From: Eledone cirrhosa | Taxonomy: Eukaryota | Direction of reading: 5' to 3' | Length of the DNA stretch: 64,000 nucleotides | Assembly: GCA_964016885.1 (NCBI GenBank) | Contig: OZ024752.1 | Coordinates: forward strand, 21,514,001 to 21,578,000 | In this document: one piece after another, positions 38,640 through 54,068 of the stretch | Layout: each line of letters opens with the position of its first letter | Position numbering within the stretch: position 1 is the first letter of the stretch | Position numbers and translations under genes: made by a program | The notes under the pieces: generated by a model | Told to the model about the DNA's origin: nothing | The model's database searches: none | Seen by the model: only the letters and a program-made list of their open reading frames with translations

Positions 38640-41010
38640 TCATGCTGGTTTGAAGTTTGCGAACTTGGTAGCTGCTTTGTGCCTACAGAAAATTGATCGT
38701 TCTATTTTGTTGTTAAGCAGCATTTTATCATACTTTAAAATATGGAACAGCTCCATATTGCAAAATCCGCAGTGGGACATTCCATTATTGTAGGCCCTTG
38801 CTCCCGATAATTTTGACCAGCTAATCCCATATTCCTGGTTGGTGTCCTTAAGCTGCCAGATTTTATTGGCCAGCGTTCTTGAGTTATCTAGTCTACAGTT
38901 TTTCATAGAATGTCTATGTACATACCACCTTTTTTTTTAATTCCCCAGCCGTCGAACCTATGTAATGCCATGCTAAGTTGCCCGAATTGATAGTATACAG
39001 GTATACTATACTTGATTCCAGGCATCTATTTCGTAGTGGGCACTTATCCGGCAGGTGGCAGTTACAGTTGGAGGCCTTCCTGCGTGCATGTTCTCCGTTG
39101 CGGTTTTGTATGTTGTTATGGATGGGCTGAGATTTAGGTTTATTGATGTTTTGTTGCGATGCGCCCTGATGTGTGTGTGGTTGTGATGTTGTTATGTGTT
39201 CGCGTTTTGTATTTGGTGTTATGGTGTATGTTGGTAGGTTATTTTCCTTAGAGATTCTTCTATAGTTGATTTTATGTATGTGTGATTCTATGTTGGCTGC
39301 AGTAGAGTAAGAGAGTTTGATAGTTTTTCTGTTAAAGATTCTATGGTATTTGTGTAGTTTAGGGGAGTGTTTGTCAATTAGCTTAAAGAATGTAGAAGGT
39401 AGGTTGGTTTTTATAGAGGAGTTGAATATTGGATTGAACCATAAGTATTTCCTATCTCTGGATTTTCTATAGTTCTTAGGGGCCCCTATATTATTGTTCG
39501 GTTCGGTTATTTCTGGTGCTCGTCTATTTCCATGTTTAGTTCTATATTTGTTATTCCTATGGCTGCGGGTAGTGTAGCTGTCGTTAGGTTTGTTGTTGCT
39601 GTTTCTATCTGGTATGTATTTGAGCCCCTGCTTGTTGCCTGCCTTATGTAAAGCTATGTTATAGTAGTTCGCGTGTTCGTTAAAAATCTCTAGGTTAGAA
39701 GATATGCGGGATATTCTGAGGGATATACTATGTGCTATGGAGTTAATTATGGAGCGACGGTGGTTTGAATTATAACTAATGTAGGCTAGATTCTCGTTAT
39801 TTTTATGGAAGGGCTCTATTAGTCCTGTGTTTAGGTTGACTGTTACATCTAAGAAGTTTGCTTTTTTAGAGTTAAGTTCGAAAGTGATACCTAGGCCTAA
39901 TTTATTGAAGACGACTCTGATGTTTTTCCCTAGTCTTTCCATGCTTTGATTGTTTAAGTTTTTAGCTAAAAGGGGCGTGTCGTCTCTATAAATTCCTCAT
40001 TGGAGGTTACTAAATTCCTTATGTAAGTTATGCGCTATATATATTCCCACTATATCTGTTACTTGTGCTGAGTTTGACTGTTTTTTCGTTCCCAGTAACT
40101 ATTTTCGAATCTAACGATAGTTCTCCTAGCAGCTAGTATTATTTTAATTTCATCAGGTTAGGTCCGAGTTTTTCTGGGCAAAGGCTAGCGCTTTATCTAG
40201 GGTGACTGGGGAGATAGAGGAGTAGTAGTCATTAATGTCAAACTGTACGAAGTTGGATGCTTCCCTACTGTCTATTTTGCTAAACCAATCTATTGCTTCG
40301 TTAGTGTTACCCCATAGCTTAATTACTAGTTTGTCCTTGATTTGTGCTATTACTCTATTTAGTATATATTTGCCTATTCTACCTATATCAGACTTCGATG
40401 GGCATATTAATCTAATTGTGGGGTCTGTTTCGAAATTATTTTTATGATCTTTTAGGTTAAATGTGGGGTTACAAGGGGTTAGAGGCTCGATTCTATCAGA
40501 TATTTTCAGTTTTTTTTTTACTATACTAAGTCCTTCCTTATTAATGTTAGTGAGTGTAGATTCTATAGTTTTCCTGTATTTTAAGTGTAGTTCACAGCGT
40601 ATAAAGTTATTGTATGTGTTAAGGCTCATGGTGTATACTTTTGATGTTTTGTCCGCTTTTACTATAATACCGTTAGTGCTGCGTAGTTTTTTCAGCAGTG
40701 CATTGATGTCGTTTTGCAGTTTGTTGTAACCTGTACGTTTTTTGAATTTGGTTCCACTTATCATGTTCATGAGGTCGAGTTCAAAGGCATCAAGTTGGGG
40801 GTTACTCAGTAGATTTTTGCAGGATTTGAATCCGTATTTTCCCCTAGAAAATTCCTCTGTGTTATTAGCGTGTCCTTTATCGTAATGATAGGCTTTCCAC
40901 CGGATTCGACGGATGAAGTCATTAGTACGCTGTATCATGTCGAGTGTATAGTCCCTGTTTGTAGGTATAGGTATGTTTTTGAAGGACATGCCTATGTGGT
41001 GCTTTTCCAT
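38640..41010 (-). pseudogene. Hydra-clade-like PLE ORF (RT + GIY-YIG), full span, disrupted; 3' UTR extends toward ~37290
   Basis: SFKNIPIP...RRIRWKA...YGFKS, KADKT, FDINDYYSSI, GIYRDD, NFLDV, WFNP, CNCHLPDKCPL...IVY...YIG, CGFC..E. Confidence 0.92.
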
Positions 41011-41322
41011 GTTAGTGCCGTGCGTTAAAGTTGTTGTTCAACCTAGTGGGAGCTGGGTAAATGGGATAACAAGTTATTGTTTTAGGTAATCCAGTTAGAG
41101 GTTATGAGTACTCTGTATTGTGGATAGTTTTAACGTACGGCGTTGTTTGACTCAACAAGAGGTTTCCATAGTTAAGTAGCGAGTTCGCGAGAATTCCCAT
41201 GCAGGTTATTCTTGGAGTAATAGTAGTGAAAGAGTGAAGAATAACATGGTCGGCTGTACAAAAAGGGTTTTATTTATAGTATTAACAATTGTTTCATTAC
41301 TATTACTCCAAGAATAACCTGC

Positions 41323-41531
41323 AATAATATTGACTATTCGATCTCTTGGAAAACGATTTTGAAAGCGCCCGCATACCAGAATATGGCTCTCTCAAGAATT
41401 TGCCATCTATGTATTGAAGAAATCTTTCACATAATTATCAATAAAAAAAATGCTATAAACGAAAAGAACGAATTATTTAATTCTTGTATGCATCGACAGT
41501 CCGAGACTTTTAGCAGTATCTATTATCTATA
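41323..41531 (+). pseudogene. C-terminal fragment of another Hydra-clade-like PLE endonuclease
   Basis: NNIDYSISWKTILKAPAYQN...ICHLCIEEIFHII...NELFNSCMHR...* (not in the ORF track; no ATG). Confidence 0.75.
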
Positions 41532-42186
41532 GAAAATATTATTTATAGCCTCTATATCTTACCCAATTACATTTTATATGCCTTCGCCATGTTTTGTGAG
41601 TTTTTTTTTGTGATATTTTTAATGATATTTTAAAATATATTTTTGATGTTTGTTGAACTTTTTTCTAATAGGCATTGCAAATCCATACATACAAATACCT
41701 AATATCATCAAATTTATGCATAGGTATAAGTAATGTTATCAAAATATATACATAAAATTTTTATCTCAGAACATATGTAATATATGATACTCTAAAATCA
41801 TATATTAAATAATTTTTCCATATACTACAATTAGAATATAATTTGAAAGTAAATTTTAGACTAAACGATAAATATAACTTAGCTCTGTAAACTAAGAAAT
41901 ATTAGAGTTATCTTTCCTTTGAAAAGAAACATGGTTACACATAATATCTAAGTAACAGTTAAACTTTACATAAATATTAAAATTTCGTAAATTTATTCCT
42001 ACCTTGATGCAACTATTGAATATACAAAATAGTACACATCTTCTATACTAAAATAGAACTATTTCCATTTTCTTAAGCTATATATTGAACATGTAAACAT
42101 ATCTTCACCCAACATATCGTAAGTCTTCAATTATAAAAATATATAAATTATTTATCTATTTAATAAATAACATATATACTCACCAA

Positions 42187-42239
<53 letters not shown>

Positions 42240-42339
42240 TATTGAAGTTTCCGTTGAAAATTGAAAAAGTCTTGGGAGTAAGAGTGCTCTATGTAAGTAC
42301 CAGAGCTAAATTTAATGTATAATAAACAATACAATATAA

Positions 42340-42413
42340 TTACCTCATTACCAGAGGTTTCCCGAATAAGACGAATACAAGAAACGTCCTCATTCGTTCG
42401 TCAGACAAGGCAA
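42340..42413 (-). ncRNA. Type I hammerhead ribozyme
   Basis: TTGCCTTGT-CTGACGA-aCGAATGAG...CTTATTCGg-GAAA-CCTCTGG-TA-ATGAGGTAA; 9-bp stem I with GU pairs, GUA site. Confidence 0.85.
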
Positions 42414-43144
42414 TTTAAAACATAGTGAAATATTTGAAAAGTCTCCTCAAGAAAGGCAAAAGTTTAACGGGCAAAAAATATATATATAAATAAAAGTAAT
42501 GCAAGAGATATATAAAAATAAAATAAGGAAATATAGTTAGGGTATGTGTATAAATGTGTGTGTATGCGCTCACAAATGTACATATGTGTGTATGTACAAA
42601 TGCATGTGTATAGTGAAAAAATGTGTGCAAAAAAATGAGGGCAAGCATATCAGAGTATGTGTGACCACAAATACGTATATAATATATGTTGAAAAACGAA
42701 ATTGTAAGATAATAGAGTTAACGTACATACAGACTCAGGTACTAAGGATTGAAATATATACACATACAAGTATGAAAGCACGCGTATAAACACACACACA
42801 CGCGCAACCACATACATGCAAGTGATATATACAGGGAAGGGAGTGTATCAGTCAAAGCAGTGTCAGGCTGAAGGTCGATACATATATATAATATGAAAAT
42901 GAAAAAAATATATGAGAATAAAAAAATTAAATCAAAGAGAAAGTAAGAGGGAGGGATTATCAATTATAAAGTAACACTAGAAAAAATAGAAAACATACAT
43001 AGGTTCGTACATACACATATATATATAAAAATATATATAAAAATACGTTCAGATAAAGCACATACATACAAAGGCGCGCATACATACACACGAAGCACAT
43101 ATATATATATACGTACATGTACATCTAATCACACGCACGCACGC

Positions 43145-43196
<52 letters not shown>

Positions 43197-43210
43197 ATAC
43201 ACACACACAT

Positions 43211-43293
<83 letters not shown>

Positions 43294-43640
43294 CACACAC
43301 ACATATATAAGTATGTAAAAAACATAGATATAAAAACACACATACACACACACATATATACACACACGCGCACATACGAATGCATTCGTAGACATATACA
43401 AACACGCATACACACACATGCACGCCCACACGCATAGATACAATATAAAAACCAGCCGTATGAATAAATGAGTACAAATTATACGCAAGTAAACATACAT
43501 AAAAGCGGCTGAGAGACAACAGAATATATCTGGAGTTGAAAACGCAAGTGACACAACCCACTCGATATGCAAATTTAGCTACTCAGCCGTTAATATGCAT
43601 AAGGTAAGTATATACGTTCAACAATCTGGCAGGAAGGTAT

Positions 43641-43683
43641 ACGTTGCTGACGATAGCTAATAAGCTTGAAACTAGTACAGCGT
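43641..43683 (+). ncRNA. Canonical minimal type I hammerhead ribozyme in pLTR (~43560..43945)
   Basis: ACGTTG-CTGACGA-tAGC-taataa-GCTt-GAAA-CTAG-TA-CAGCGT; palindromic ACTAGT stem III. Confidence 0.88.
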
Positions 43684-43944
43684 TCCTTTGTCAGTGTTGA
43701 ACAAACGAGCAACGATGGTTGCTAGACACTACGGCTTAATACGGGATGTTTGTTTACAAACACACCGAGCATTATAATAAATGTTCGGTGAATCCATACG
43801 TACATATATATATGTGTGCATGTATGTATATATATATACATAGTACTGTACATCTGTATACATATATGTATGTACGTGTACATACTTATATTGAAGTAAC
43901 AGCCGTACTAAGAGTGGGAAATGAAATTTCGTTTCATTTTTCGT

Positions 43945-45541
<1,597 letters not shown>

Positions 45542-45822
45542 TTAGTTTTGCGAGGTTTTTTATATGAAATCGTGTGTCGAAACAGATATTGTTATATTTG
45601 GGGAGGGTCATATTTGCGTAATATTGCCAGAATTAATAACAGAACACACTCACTGTTTGGTTGGTTTTCGCTTCTCGCTGTCTTTTATATATATATATCT
45701 GCGATCTAACTTACTCGGTCCTCAATGTTGCCATTGACTGACCGGCGGTCAAAAATAATACAGATACAATATAGACAAACACATATATATATATAGTTTA
45801 CATAATTTACATAAATCTTTCG

Positions 45823-47574
45823 TTGCACATCTGCAACATCGTCAGTGAGTGCAACAAAAACAGGAGCCTATCCAACTGCATAATAGGCAGCATGGATGTG
45901 GTGTCACTGTACCCATCCATTAACATTGATTTTGCTGTGAAAAGATGTGTGGAGATGATCATTGAGAGTGAGGTGGAGTTCTGCGACGTCGACACAGACG
46001 AACTGGGCCTCCTACTTAGACTTACCTACGACACTGACTACCTAGACAGCCATGACCTTAGATGTTTCTGCCCTAGTAGACCTATAAGAGGTAGACCCCC
46101 CACCATAACCTCAATGGCTAAAAAGACTCCCATAGGAAGGTGGATTGGGTGGACCAAAGCTATACGGACCCCCCAAAACACTGATCAGGTAAGAAAAATG
46201 GTCGCACATGCAATAGGGGCTAGTATCAAAACTACCCTAAAGGGCCACATATTTAAGTTCAATGAGAAAATCTACACCCAAAATGAGGGAGCAGCCATCG
46301 GCGTCAGCATAGCTGGTGATGTTGCCAACCTTTTCATGGTATGGTGGGAAAGGAGACTTAAAGATCTCCTCCTTAATGAAAGCTCCATAGACCTCATCAT
46401 GTACTCTCGTTATGTAGACGATATCAATATAGTTATAAGAACACCCCCACTAGAGAGCACTAACAAGTTTGATTTAGAACGTAGCACGATGGAAAGCATC
46501 CAGCAGATAGCTAATTCCATACACCAGAGTATAACTGTAACTATAGACTTCCCTTCCAAACACCCTAACAATAGACTACCTGTATTAGACACAGAACTCT
46601 GGATTAACACTATAGACGAGAGAGCCCAAATTCTCCACTCACACTATGCTAAACCCATGGCCTCCAAATACCTGATACTCAAAAACTCAGCAATGTCCAG
46701 TAGTGCTAAGTTTAATATTCTGATCGCAGATTTGGTACGAGTGATGAAGAATGTGTCCAGCATGTGCGACCCAACAGAAATGGAAGGACACATCCAACAC
46801 TTCATCAACCGCATGCAGTTCTCTGGCTACAACCAAAGAGACAGAGTCAGAGTATACGAAGGAGCCATGGAAAAGTATAAGACCCTCATAGAACTGGACA
46901 TGAAAGGAATTTGCCCACTATACAGGAGCAAATCATGGAATAGCTTAGATAGGGCTAGACATAAGATAGGGAAGGCCACATCATGGTACGACAACCAGAG
47001 ATATCAGAGTGTCATGTTTGTGGACGCCACCCCTGGAGGGAAATTAGCTAACCAGTGTAGAAAGGCCCTGAGAAAGACCCACTTAAAAATAAAGGTGGTA
47101 GAAAAGCCAGGAACCACCATAAAATCCCTGATCAGCAAAACCTACCCTTTTAAGAAAACCCACTGTACCAATAGGAAATGTATCATATGTAAGGTGAACC
47201 CCCGGATAAACTGTAAAACTAGAAACGTAGTCTATAGCATAAGGTGTACAGAGGGTACTTGCAGAAACACGACAACAACATACATAGGTGAGACAGCTCG
47301 TAGCATAGGTGAAAGGATAGACCAACACGGGGGGGGGGGGGAACTAAAAGGACGAAAAAACGGGTCAGTACTATACGAACATGCTAGACAACAACATGAC
47401 GGTAACATAGACAACATAGAAATTAGAATAATATCTAAACATAGGAATGACCCAGCAGATAGGCAAATCAGAGAGGCCAGTGAAATAGAAATTAGAAGAC
47501 CAAAGCTAAACAGAAAGAATGAGTGGAACAACAACAACACCCAAACAAACAACACTGACCTAAGAGAAGTATAA
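45823..47574 (+). CDS. PLE reverse transcriptase (from just before motif A) + GIY-YIG endonuclease; open frame, N-terminally truncated (homology starts ~45848)
   Basis: MDVVSLYPSI, QNEGAAIG, RYVDD, LPVLD, CTNRKCIIC...CKTRNVVY...YIGET..S..ER..H...H...R...EA...LN. Confidence 0.88.
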   Translation: MHICNIVSECNKNRSLSNCIIGSMDVVSLYPSINIDFAVKRCVEMIIESEVEFCDVDTDELGLLLRLTYDTDYLDSHDLRCFCPSRPIRGRPPTITSMAKKTPIGRWIGWTKAIRTPQNTDQVRKMVAHAIGASIKTTLKGHIFKFNEKIYTQNEGAAIGVSIAGDVANLFMVWWERRLKDLLLNESSIDLIMYSRYVDDINIVIRTPPLESTNKFDLERSTMESIQQIANSIHQSITVTIDFPSKHPNNRLPVLDTELWINTIDERAQILHSHYAKPMASKYLILKNSAMSSSAKFNILIADLVRVMKNVSSMCDPTEMEGHIQHFINRMQFSGYNQRDRVRVYEGAMEKYKTLIELDMKGICPLYRSKSWNSLDRARHKIGKATSWYDNQRYQSVMFVDATPGGKLANQCRKALRKTHLKIKVVEKPGTTIKSLISKTYPFKKTHCTNRKCIICKVNPRINCKTRNVVYSIRCTEGTCRNTTTTYIGETARSIGERIDQHGGGGELKGRKNGSVLYEHARQQHDGNIDNIEIRIISKHRNDPADRQIREASEIEIRRPKLNRKNEWNNNNTQTNNTDLREV

Positions 47575-47849
47575 ATAAATAAGTAAATTAAATTAAATAA
47601 ATAAAATAAGATAAATAAATACATACACAAGCACATAAACACACACTAGTCACCCAGCAGACACAACACTATACACACTAGTCACACATCACACATAACA
47701 CTATACACACACGCAAACGCATGCGCAAAGAAGACAAAATAAAATAAGATAAACAAACAAGCAAATAAATAAATAAATATATAGACAGACTGAACAAAAA
47801 AAAATGGCGTAGACATACAACACAACAGGAGGAACAATGAATATAACAC

Positions 47850-47887
47850 CACTGACGATGTTGCAGATGTGCAACGAAAGATTTATG
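47850..47887 (+). ncRNA. Minimal hammerhead core with very weak stems I and III (antisense copy at ~45810..45847)
   Basis: CA-CTGACGA-t-GTTGCA-gatg-TGCAAC-GAAA-GATT-TA-TG. Confidence 0.65.
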
Positions 47888-48109
47888 TAAATTATGTAAA
47901 CTATATATATATGTGTTTGTCTATATTGTATCTGTATTATTTTTGACCGCCGGTCAGTCAATGGCAACATTGAGGACCGAGTAAGTTAGATCGCAGATAT
48001 ATATATATAAAAGACAGCGAGAAGCGAAAACCAACCAAACAGTGAGTGTGTTCTGTTATTAATTCTGGCAATATTACGCAAATATGACCCTCCCCAAATA
48101 TAACAATAT

Positions 48110-49561
<1,452 letters not shown>

Positions 49562-50658
49562 AGAGAAAAACTTCCCGCCAAACCACAAATACCATCAAAT
49601 CTTAAATAGGTCAACAGTTAAATTCTCATACTCAACAACCAAAAACATAAAACAAAATATAAGTGCCTATAATGCATATAAATGTAAAAAAACCATAAGT
49701 ATACCACCAATACATCAAACTAACCATAATATCTCCTCAAATACAGAATTAACGAAAGGTTGTAACTGTAGAAACAAAGCAAACTGCCCATTAAAAGGAA
49801 ATTGTCTTGTTAACAACATAGTTTATAAATGTAAGGTTAAAACTAAAGACTCTATTTGCTCATATATAGGAGCTACTTCTAACAATTTTAAGGTAAGGTT
49901 TAATACCCACAAACATAGTTTTAAAAACGCCGCACTGGCTAATACAACATCTCTAGCAGAAAAAATTAATAGTTATAGAAATAAAAATATAGAATAAGAT
50001 ATGACCTGGAGTGTGCTCAAAAGAGCCACCCCTTATCAAAATAATAGAAATGAATGTAGATTATGTTCCCAAGAACTATTTGAAATAATGAAATCTAAAG
50101 ATATCCTATTAAATAAGCGACAGGAATTAATAATATCGTGTAATCATAAACTGAGAAAAACATTTAAATATTATAAACCTAAATAATAATATATATTTTA
50201 GAAATTTAGAAATTAATATATAATTTAATTTAAATGTAGATAACCTATAAATTTAATTTAATTAAATTTCTAATACAGATGAGATAAAAAATATTGTGTA
50301 ATCATAAATAGTGAAAAACTTTTAAATATTATTAACATAATTAATATATACTTTGTAAATTAATTTATAGATTAATTTTAGTTTATTTAACCTTTTATTA
50401 AAATTCCTTTATAGATGAAATATAACAAAACATCGTGTAATCAATAACAGAGAAATATTTTTTAATATTATAAACCTAATTAATATACAATTTAGAAAGT
50501 TATTTATAAATTAATTTTAATTTAGTTTACCTATAATTTTAATTTAATTAGCTGAAAATTAAAATTCCAATACAGATGGATTGCAGAATATCATGTAATC
50601 ATAAACTGAGATAAATTTTTAAATATATACCTAATTAATATATTCTTTACAATTAAAA

Positions 50659-50726
<68 letters not shown>

Positions 50727-51961
50727 TTTAATTTTTGTTAACTTATAATTATATTCTACTATAGATAAAATACAAAATCTGCTTTAATTATTATAAACCT
50801 AATTAACATATACTATAGAAATTAATATATAATTCTTTAATTTAGTTAACCTATAATTTATATTCTACTACCGATGAAATACTTGATTTGGTTTTCCCTA
50901 TTACTAAATTCATTTCCTAATATTGATACCATAATGTTAATATTTTAATTTAGTTATGATATAATTAATATTCTACTACTATTTAACTTCAAAATTCCGC
51001 TTCAAATATTATAAACCTAAGTAATATACACCTTAGAAATCAATATATTAACTAATTTTAATTTAGTTAACCTTTAATTAATAGTCTACTTATATTAAAA
51101 TGCATAATTTTGCCTTCTTTCTTACATTTCCTAATACTGAAACTACTATGTAAACATATATTATGATCTAAATGCAGATTAATATTCTATGATCCTTGAA
51201 ACCTATATTTACTTTTTCCCACTAATAATTTTAACCCCCCCCCCCTATAATTATTTATATTTGTAAGCGTGGATGAATGTATGTGTATGTAAGTAGGTAT
51301 GTATGTTTGGGTGTTTATATGTGAGTATAAAAATACATATGTGCGCATGTAAATAAGTGTCTATGATTGTATATATATATATGTATATATGTATATATAT
51401 ATATGTATGTATGTATGTATGTATATATATGTATTTGTATGTGTATATATATGTATGTATATATATGTCTATGTATAAGTATGTGTGTATGTATATATGT
51501 ATGCGTGCGTGCGTATATGTGTATATATATTTGTAGGATATGTGTATCTGTATATATATATATATGTGTGCATAATTGTCTGAGTTGTGTGAGCGTGTGA
51601 TTGTATGTGTATATACATACATGGATATGTGTATGTGTGTGTATATATACGTATATGTATGTGTGTGTTGTGTGTGTGTGTATATATATATGTGTATATA
51701 TGTGTGTGTATGTATATATATATATATATGTGTGTGTATATATGTGTGTATATATATGTGTCTGTATGTATATATGTGTGTATATATATATATATATGTG
51801 TGTGTATGTGTGTGTACATATATGTGTATATATGTATGTGAGTTGTGAATATATGTATATATTTTTATATATATGTGTGTTTGTATGTGTGTCTATGTAT
51901 TTATATATGTATGTGTATGTATATTTATGTATGTATGTGTGTGTATATGTGTATGTGTATG

Positions 51962-52008
<47 letters not shown>

Positions 52009-52876
52009 GTGTATGTGTATTTATATGAATATGTATATCGGTATGTATTTTATGTATGAGTATATTTTACTTGTTTATATATATATATATTTTTTTTTGA
52101 TATATTTCTTTTTATTTCTAAATTTGTAGATATATTTTTAAATAGGCAGCTCCCTGACATCCTTAGTTATTACTGAACCCCTTACCCACTTCTGCATTTG
52201 GATGTAAAAAAATATATGTAGCAGTGTTTATGTGTGTGCCTAAATATCCATATAGTTATAATAATAATATATACATATATGTGTGTGTGTGAGTGTGTGT
52301 GTGTATGTTCATGGGTATGTGTATGTTTATGTGTATATGCGCGTGTGTGTGTGAATGTGCGTGTATATATATGTGTGTATATATGAATCTATATGTGTTT
52401 ATATGCGTATGTGTATTTTATCTGTAGATTATAAACATACAGAGACATTAGCCCTGAATTTTTTGTATTTACATACATTTTTTCGACATGCGTATGCATG
52501 TGAACATATATTTTTATGCATATCTGTGAACGAAGTTACTTACATATATACACACACCTAACTGTATTTTATTGATATATTTTGTGTATTTCATTGGTCA
52601 ATTTGAACTCTGTTCCCAAACAGACCTGTAATTTTGAATTGTTGTTATTATCAATAAATATATTTCATTATTTCTGAAGACGGCATATGTATGTGTTGGT
52701 ATGTATATTATATTTGATTATTTGTATAATTTTGTATAATTTTGTACATAGATCTGTTGAATATGCATACCAATTCTAACACATATATGTCCTAGAAACG
52801 ATCGTTAAATAATGAACTTTTTTTGTTTAATATAAGGAACTGTTTCATTGTTTTATTAATTATTTTTTTAACATTG
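49562..52876 (+). mobile_element. 5'-truncated Hydra-clade-like PLE: GIY-YIG ORF part (49562..50186, one in-frame TAA), 2.7-kb 3' UTR and pLTR
   Basis: [37 protein letters not shown]...IVY...YIG...FKVRFNTH...CRLC..E; UTR colinear with 88..3888. Confidence 0.92.
52664..52816 (+). ncRNA. Type I hammerhead ribozyme with extended stem II
   Basis: Same architecture as 3673..3827: TTCATTATTT-CTGAAGA-(~114 nt)-GAAA-CGATCG-TT-AAATAATGAA. Confidence 0.85.
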
Positions 52877-53425
<549 letters not shown>

Positions 53426-53656
53426 TTGATGATTTCTAAAGAATGAAACAGTTCTAGTCCTGTAGAATCTCATCTATATATATATATATATATAAGTATA
53501 TTTATGTATGTATATATATATATATATATATATAGGTATAAACGTTTGAATATGTATAATAAAGCCAAAACAATGCAGGTATGGACATAGAAAAAAGAAT
53601 GCAATTGCAAAAGATATTGTTGACAATTCGTCCTTTACCTTAGATTTATTTAAATG

Positions 53657-53690
53657 TCCTTAATTTTCGAGATATCTCTTCTTCAGAGGG
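53657..53690 (-). ncRNA. Ultra-minimal hammerhead motif in the 3' pLTR of the 54069..56648 PLE
   Basis: CCT-CTGAAGA-a-GAGATATCTC-GAAA-AT-TA-AGG; sense to the ORF; stem I is extendable by TTTATTT/AAATAAA. Confidence 0.65.
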
Positions 53691-54068
53691 AAATAAAGGT
53701 CTCAAACCAGCGTTCTAAATATCTTGCCAAGCCATGCTGACAGGAAATAGTATGGAGTATCTGTTCTGTCTCTAATGTCAAAGAGTTAAAATTAGGTGGA
53801 TAAAGAGTAGTCTCCCTTTAAAAGAGGTTTGTTTAGGGTTTTTTTATTTTTATATACATGCCTGTTTAAGTGTGTGGGAGAATGCATGAAGGTGTAAGTA
53901 TGTGAGTGTGTGTGTGTGAGTGTGAGAAGATAAGTCTATTCGTAAATGTGGGGGATAGGTGTTATCTGGTGTTAGAACTGGTTTTGTGTGTGTATGTGTG
54001 AGAGAGAATAAGTGGAGGTGTAAGCGTGTGTGTGTGTGGGGTGTGTAAATACGGGGCTAGAAGCCCTA

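Noticed and set aside
45586-48109. DNA transposon with 260-bp TIRs
   Set aside because: The enclosed ORF is RT + GIY-YIG, not a transposase; the repeats are inverted PLE pLTRs.
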